A DNA stretch of 64,000 nt from Thermoanaerobaculia bacterium. Lineage in GTDB: Bacteria > Acidobacteriota > Thermoanaerobaculia > Multivoradales > Multivoraceae. The stretch's first letter is position 1. Every line of letters begins with the position of its first letter. Location: NCBI GenBank assembly GCA_963664405.1, contig OY761158.1, positions 4,256,001 to 4,320,000 of the forward strand. The letters run 5' to 3'. The notes under the pieces are model-generated. The model did no database searches. It was not told where the DNA came from and saw only the letters and a program-made list of their open reading frames with translations. Shown in pieces: positions 59,244 through 64,000 of the stretch. The position numbers and the translations under genes are program-made.

Positions 59244-60185
59244 CTATGCGTCGGCTGACAGCCCGCGCGAGGTCTGGGGGGCGGGAGCCGGAAGCGGCTG
59301 GCGAAGAGGCATGGTCTTCCCTGCCATCCACGTCCAGCAGTCGGGGCTGTCACGAAGTGCCTCGAGCAGGGCGAAGTGAAGCGCGTGCCCTCCTCGCTCG
59401 ACTTCGAAGTGCCCCCAGATAGGGGCTCCGAGGAGGGCGAGGTCACCGATGACGTCCAAGGCCTTATGCCGCACCGGCTCATCGCTGAATCGCAGTTCGG
59501 TGTTGATCGGTCCATTCTCGTCGAAGACGACGCAATTCCCTTCGTTTCCGCCGAGGCCCAGACCCTGCTGATGCATCCGCTGAACGTCACGAAGCAGAGC
59601 GAAAGTGCGTGCCGGCGCAAGCTCACGCTCGAAGTTGTCGCGTCGCAGCTCGACATCGACTCGCTGAGCGCCGATCGCCGACTCTCCGAAATCGATGCCG
59701 TATGTGACCCGAAGACCGGGGTAGGGGGCAACTCGGATCGTCCGACCGTCTCCTTCATCGACTTCGACGGGCGAGGTGATCGCCATGATCTTACGCAGGG
59801 CCTTTTGTTGGCGCACACCGGCCGCCGCCAGGAGTCTGCAATAGGGGAGCGCGGAGCCGTCGAGGATTGGAACTTCGGGCCCGTTCAGCTCGATCGTGAG
59901 GTTGTCGATCCCGAGCACCTGGATGGCGGCCATCAGATGCTCGACGGTTGAAATCTGGACGTCGTCGCGCCCGAGGGTCGTGGCAAGCTCCAGCGAGCTG
60001 ATGTGGCCGGCAAGTGCAGGCACTTCTACCCCGCAGTCGACGCGGCGGAAGTGGATTCCGCTGCCGCTCGGGGCTGGATGTAGTTGGAGTTGGACGTCGG
60101 TGCCGGTATGGATACCGACACCGTCGATGCCGACCGAGCGTGCAATGGTCTTCTGAATGAAGAAGTCGTCTGGCTTCTTGATCAT
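59244..60185 (-). CDS. lpxC: UDP-3-O-acyl-N-acetylglucosamine deacetylase
   Basis: QKTI..G.GIHTG, STVEHLMAA, EVPILDGS, APARTF, RHKALDVIGDL, GGHALH. Confidence 0.96.
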   Translation of the reverse strand: MIKKPDDFFIQKTIARSVGIDGVGIHTGTDVQLQLHPAPSGSGIHFRRVDCGVEVPALAGHISSLELATTLGRDDVQISTVEHLMAAIQVLGIDNLTIELNGPEVPILDGSALPYCRLLAAAGVRQQKALRKIMAITSPVEVDEGDGRTIRVAPYPGLRVTYGIDFGESAIGAQRVDVELRRDNFERELAPARTFALLRDVQRMHQQGLGLGGNEGNCVVFDENGPINTELRFSDEPVRHKALDVIGDLALLGAPIWGHFEVERGGHALHFALLEALRDSPDCWTWMAGKTMPLRQPLPAPAPQTSRGLSADA

Positions 60186-60199
60186 TGAAACTGGAGAGG

Positions 60200-60216
60200 A
60201 GCACACTCCGTGCCAA
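60200..60216 (-). promoter_or_regulatory. Putative sigma54 promoter of lpxC
   Basis: Minus strand TTGGCACGGAGTGTGCT with GG-N10-GC spacing. Confidence 0.65.
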
Positions 60217-60311
60217 CTGGAGAGCGATTAGCGAATCTTGTATAAACGTTGGAAACAGGAAGTTTATGCTACCATCACCGGCCTTCCGGGCTGTCTCTGA
60301 CGGGGCCGAAT

Positions 60312-60349
60312 GTTGTAAAAAAGATACACTCATGCGTCTTTTTTGCAAC
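60312..60349. promoter_or_regulatory. AT-rich inverted repeat, candidate enhancer (UAS)
   Basis: GTTGTAAAAAAGA-N12-TCTTTTTTGCAAC about 100-130 bp upstream of the sigma54 site. Confidence 0.5.
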
Positions 60350-60393
60350 GGAAAGCGCGCTCTGGGCGAGGCGGAGCATGGATAAGCAAGGCG

Positions 60394-60873
60394 ATGGCAC
60401 ATCCGAGTAATAACACGTCCGAGGCCAAGGTCCTGGCCCAGAACCGGCGGGCGCGACACGATTATCACCTGCTCGAGACCCTCGAGGCCGGACTCGTTCT
60501 CGTCGGCACTGAGGTGAAGTCGGCTCGCGCTGGAAAAGTTCAGCTCAAGGATGCCTTCGTCGAGATCCGTGGCGGCGAGGCCCATCTGCTGCGGGCGCAC
60601 ATCAGCCCGTATGAGCATGGCAATCGTCAGAACCACGATCCCGAGCGCCGCCGAAAGCTGCTCTTGCGGCGGCGTGAGATCGATCGGCTCCAGGGCAAGG
60701 TTCAGGCGGGCGGCTTGACGGTCGTGCCGCTGCGGATCTTGGCGCGTGGATCGTGGATCAAGGTAGAGATCGCGCTCGCGCAGGGAAAGAAGCTCTACGA
60801 CAAGCGAGAAAGCGAAAAACGAAAGGAGCAGCAGCGAGAGATGGATCAGGCGATCAAACAGGGAGCCTGGTAG
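60394..60873 (+). CDS. smpB: SsrA-binding protein SmpB
   Basis: NRRARHDY, EAGLVLVGTEVKS, HISPY, RKLLL, GKKLYDKRE. Confidence 0.96.
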   Translation: MAHPSNNTSEAKVLAQNRRARHDYHLLETLEAGLVLVGTEVKSARAGKVQLKDAFVEIRGGEAHLLRAHISPYEHGNRQNHDPERRRKLLLRRREIDRLQGKVQAGGLTVVPLRILARGSWIKVEIALAQGKKLYDKRESEKRKEQQREMDQAIKQGAW

Positions 60874-60889
60874 AGTACCGCCTCCTGAG

Positions 60890-63790
60890 ATGGACTGGAT
60901 CGACGTTCGCGGCGCCCGCCAGCACAACCTCAAAAACCTGAGCCTCCGCATCCCACGGGATCGCCTCGTGGTGATCACCGGTGTTTCGGGCTCCGGCAAG
61001 TCTTCACTTGCCTTCGACACTCTCTTCGCCGAGGGCCAGCGGCGTTATGTGGAGTCGCTGTCGGCGTACGCAAGACAGTTCCTTACTCAGGTGGACAAGC
61101 CCGACGTCGATTCGATCGAGGGCCTTTCGCCGGCGATCTCGATCGAGCAGAAGTCGGTCTCGAAGAATCCGCGATCGACGGTCGGGACTGTGACCGAGAT
61201 CCAAGACTACCTTCGCTTGCTCTTCGCCTCGGTCGGTCGCCCCTACTGTCCGGAATGCGGCAAGCCGATTCGCCCACAAAGTGTGCAGCAGATGGTCGAT
61301 CGCATTCTTTCTCTGGCCGAGGGGACTCGCATGAGTCTCTTAGCGCCCTATGTGCGCGGCAAGAAGGGAGAATACAAACGCCAGCTGGCACAGATGGCGC
61401 GCGAAGGGTTCCTTCGCGCTCGCATCGACGGCGAGATGGTCGAGCTTTCGGACGAGCTCCCATCTCTCGTGAAACAGCACAAGCACACGATCGAGATCGT
61501 CGTCGACCGACTGGTCATCAAGGACGGAATCCACAAGCGGGTCACTGACTCCTTGGAGACAGCCCTGCGTGTGGGCCAGGGTCTTGCCATTGTCGCGGCC
61601 GCGGGTCGCCCGGAGGAGACTCTGTCCCAGCACTACTCATGTACCGACTGTGGTGCGGGCCCGACCGAGATCACTCCGCGGCTTTTCTCCTTCAACAGCC
61701 CCTACGGTGCCTGCGCTGAATGCTCCGGCCTTGGCTCGCTGCGTAGAGTCGACGAGGCGAAGTTGATTGCAGATCCAGAGGTGTCGGTCGAGCAGGGGGC
61801 TCTCGCACCGTGGCGGGCAGGGGCCAAGTCGTCTTGGCGCCTTGGCATGATTCGGACTCTCGCCGAGGCAATGGATTTCACGCTGACCACGCCCTGGAAG
61901 GAGATTCCGGAAGAGGGGCGCTTAGCGATCCTTCATGGCAGCAGTAACCGTGAGCTCGAGTTCCGGGTCGGCGGCAAGCGCAGCTCCTATACCTGGAAGG
62001 GCAAGTACGAGGGCGTGATCCCGATGCTCGAGCGGCGCTACCGCGAAACGGAGTCGGCCGGTGTCCGCGCGGAGATCGAGAAGTACATGGCGGTACGCCG
62101 GTGTCCCAGTTGCCGTGGCCGGCGGCTGCGCAAAGAGGCGCTGGCGGTCAAGGTCGGCGGAAGCTCGATTGACGAGCTCACCGGGGTGCCGGTTGCTGAG
62201 CTGCGCAGCACTGTCGAAGGCCTCGAGCTCGGCGCGAAGGAGCGCCTCATCGCCGAGAAGATCCTCCAGGAGATTCTCGACCGTTTACGCTTTCTCGATG
62301 ACGTAGGCGTGGGCTACCTCACCCTGGATCGATCCTCCGCGACGCTTTCAGGAGGCGAGAGCCAGCGCATCAGGTTGGCTACGCAGATCGGCAGCAAATT
62401 GATGGGAGTGCTCTATGTGCTCGACGAGCCTTCGATCGGTCTTCATCAGAGAGACAACGAGCGCTTGCTCAACACTCTTCGTGGGATGCGGGATCTCGGG
62501 AACTCGGTGCTCGTGGTGGAGCACGACGAAGAAACGATTCGCAGTGCCGATTGGGTGATCGACCTCGGTCCGGGCGCTGGCGTGCACGGCGGTGAGGTGG
62601 TTGGAGAGGGCTCGGTTGCTGATCTCGCAGCGAGTCCGCGGTCCCTCACATCGAAGTATCTTCGTGGAGAGTTGCGGGTACCGGTATCGGCTAAGCGTCG
62701 CAAGGGGAACGGAGAGGTCCTGAGGATAGAAGGTGCTCGGCACAACAATCTGCGCGACTTGGACGTCGAGATCCCCCTTGGCACCTTCACCGTGGTCACA
62801 GGTGTCTCAGGTTCGGGCAAGAGTAGCTTGGTACACGACGTTCTCTATCGGGGTCTGGCTCGCCACTTCTATAGAGCCGAAGAACCGGCCGGCGAGCACG
62901 AGGCGATCGTCGGGTTGGAGCACATCGACAAAGTCATCGCGATCGACCAGAGTCCGATCGGCCGCACTCCACGCTCCAACCCTGCTACCTACACCAAAGT
63001 CTTCTCCCACATCCGCAGCCTGATGGCCAAGATCCCGGAGGCTCAGGCCCGTGGATATGGACCGGGTCGCTTCTCTTTCAATGTCAAGGGCGGTCGCTGT
63101 GAGGCTTGTGCCGGGGACGGTCGGATCAAGATCGAGATGCACTTTCTGCCCGACATCTACGTCGAGTGCGAGGTCTGCGGCGGGCGGCGTTATGAGAGGG
63201 AGACGCTGGCGGTAACTTTCAAGGGACTCAACATTGCGGACATTCTCGAGCTCAGCGTCGAGGAGGCACGTGAGTTTTTTCGCCATGTGCCCCCGATCGA
63301 GAGGGTGCTCAAGACTCTCGACGAGGTCGGCCTCGGTTACCTGCATCTGGGGCAGCCGGCTACGACGCTCTCCGGTGGAGAGGCGCAGCGGGTGAAGCTC
63401 TCCACCGAGCTTTGCAAACGCTCGACGGGTCGAACCCTTTATCTGCTCGACGAGCCGACGACGGGTCTTCACTTCGATGACGTGCGTCGGTTGCTCGAGC
63501 TTCTTCATCGACTCGTCGACATGGGCAACACCGTAGTGGTCGTAGAGCACAACCTAGAGGTAATCAAGACTGCGGACTGGGTCTTGGATCTCGGGCCTGA
63601 AGGGGGTGAGGACGGGGGGCGCCTGGTCGTTGCGGGCCCGCCCGAGGCTGTGGCCAGGTCCAAGAAGAGTCACACCGGCAGCTACCTCGGCCCCGCGCTT
63701 GCCGCGGCGAAGAAGGCCGGCTCGAGTAGCCGCGGCGCGCGCGCGAAGAAGGCACCGCGCCGCCGCCGTTCAGCGCCCGCTCGCGCCTGA
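60890..63790 (+). CDS. uvrA: Excinuclease ABC subunit A
   Basis: GARQHNLKN, two GVSGSGKSSL Walker A motifs, LSGGE signatures, Zn fingers. Confidence 0.97.
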   Translation: MDWIDVRGARQHNLKNLSLRIPRDRLVVITGVSGSGKSSLAFDTLFAEGQRRYVESLSAYARQFLTQVDKPDVDSIEGLSPAISIEQKSVSKNPRSTVGTVTEIQDYLRLLFASVGRPYCPECGKPIRPQSVQQMVDRILSLAEGTRMSLLAPYVRGKKGEYKRQLAQMAREGFLRARIDGEMVELSDELPSLVKQHKHTIEIVVDRLVIKDGIHKRVTDSLETALRVGQGLAIVAAAGRPEETLSQHYSCTDCGAGPTEITPRLFSFNSPYGACAECSGLGSLRRVDEAKLIADPEVSVEQGALAPWRAGAKSSWRLGMIRTLAEAMDFTLTTPWKEIPEEGRLAILHGSSNRELEFRVGGKRSSYTWKGKYEGVIPMLERRYRETESAGVRAEIEKYMAVRRCPSCRGRRLRKEALAVKVGGSSIDELTGVPVAELRSTVEGLELGAKERLIAEKILQEILDRLRFLDDVGVGYLTLDRSSATLSGGESQRIRLATQIGSKLMGVLYVLDEPSIGLHQRDNERLLNTLRGMRDLGNSVLVVEHDEETIRSADWVIDLGPGAGVHGGEVVGEGSVADLAASPRSLTSKYLRGELRVPVSAKRRKGNGEVLRIEGARHNNLRDLDVEIPLGTFTVVTGVSGSGKSSLVHDVLYRGLARHFYRAEEPAGEHEAIVGLEHIDKVIAIDQSPIGRTPRSNPATYTKVFSHIRSLMAKIPEAQARGYGPGRFSFNVKGGRCEACAGDGRIKIEMHFLPDIYVECEVCGGRRYERETLAVTFKGLNIADILELSVEEAREFFRHVPPIERVLKTLDEVGLGYLHLGQPATTLSGGEAQRVKLSTELCKRSTGRTLYLLDEPTTGLHFDDVRRLLELLHRLVDMGNTVVVVEHNLEVIKTADWVLDLGPEGGEDGGRLVVAGPPEAVARSKKSHTGSYLGPALAAAKKAGSSSRGARAKKAPRRRRSAPARA

Positions 63791-63812
63791 GTCGCTCCGT
63801 TAGAATAGGGCT

Positions 63813-64000
63813 GTGGTACAGCCTGGAGTAGACTTAACCGTCAATCGGCGGCGATTGCAGCTCGAGACCCTCTACGATCTGCTGGTCGCTCTTCATGGCC
63901 ATAGCTCCGAGGAAGAGCAGATCGAGGACCTGCTCCAACGCGTGTGTGCGGTTCTCGACCCGGCCGCGGCTGCGGTAGTGACCCGGGACCCTCAGGGGGG
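63813..64000 (+). CDS. 5' part of a probable signalling protein (GAF-like start), truncated at window end
   Basis: Open frame VVQPGVDLTVNRRRLQLETLYDLLVALHG...; TAGAAT 6 nt before GTG. Confidence 0.45.
   Translation, partial: MVQPGVDLTVNRRRLQLETLYDLLVALHGHSSEEEQIEDLLQRVCAVLDPAAAAVVTRDPQG

Noticed and set aside
60217-60393. tmRNA (ssrA) next to smpB
   Set aside because: The interval is too short and has no tRNA-like ends or tag reading frame
59791-61020. Long antisense ORFs (here and e.g. 20284-21285, 33794-34933, 37895-39139, 40888-42087)
   Set aside because: Shadow frames of well-supported genes in high-GC DNA, with no recognisable motifs

Overview
This is a GC-rich bacterial chromosomal window. 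An Acidobacteriota-like origin is my inference from gene content and synteny, not a verified assignment. Housekeeping genes include Ku, a stand-alone infC with an ATC start, nudC, moaA, selB, lpxC-DUF4390-ntrY-ntrX, smpB and uvrA. A ~15 kb triterpenoid supercluster couples hopanoid genes (shc, hpnH, hpnA, hpnG) to a Haloarchaea/Chloroflexi-type mevalonate pathway (fni, class I HMGR, mvk, decarboxylase, isopentenyl phosphate kinase, no phosphomevalonate kinase) and a single-enzyme squalene synthase. There are two complete IS elements (ISAzo13-like and ISL3), a vapBC pair, an acyl-CoA catabolic block and at least six decayed genes. The most unusual signal is non-coding: two families of CTAG-bounded structured repeats located at TAG stop codons with consistent polarity. 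Family A has five ~166-169 bp elements whose conserved, covarying, GA-rich core is wrapped in three different terminal inverted repeats. Family B has three head-to-tail arrays (~15 units, mostly 111-128 bp), each unit carrying a covarying CTAG-closed hairpin. No CRISPR array, tRNA, rRNA or tmRNA was recognised.
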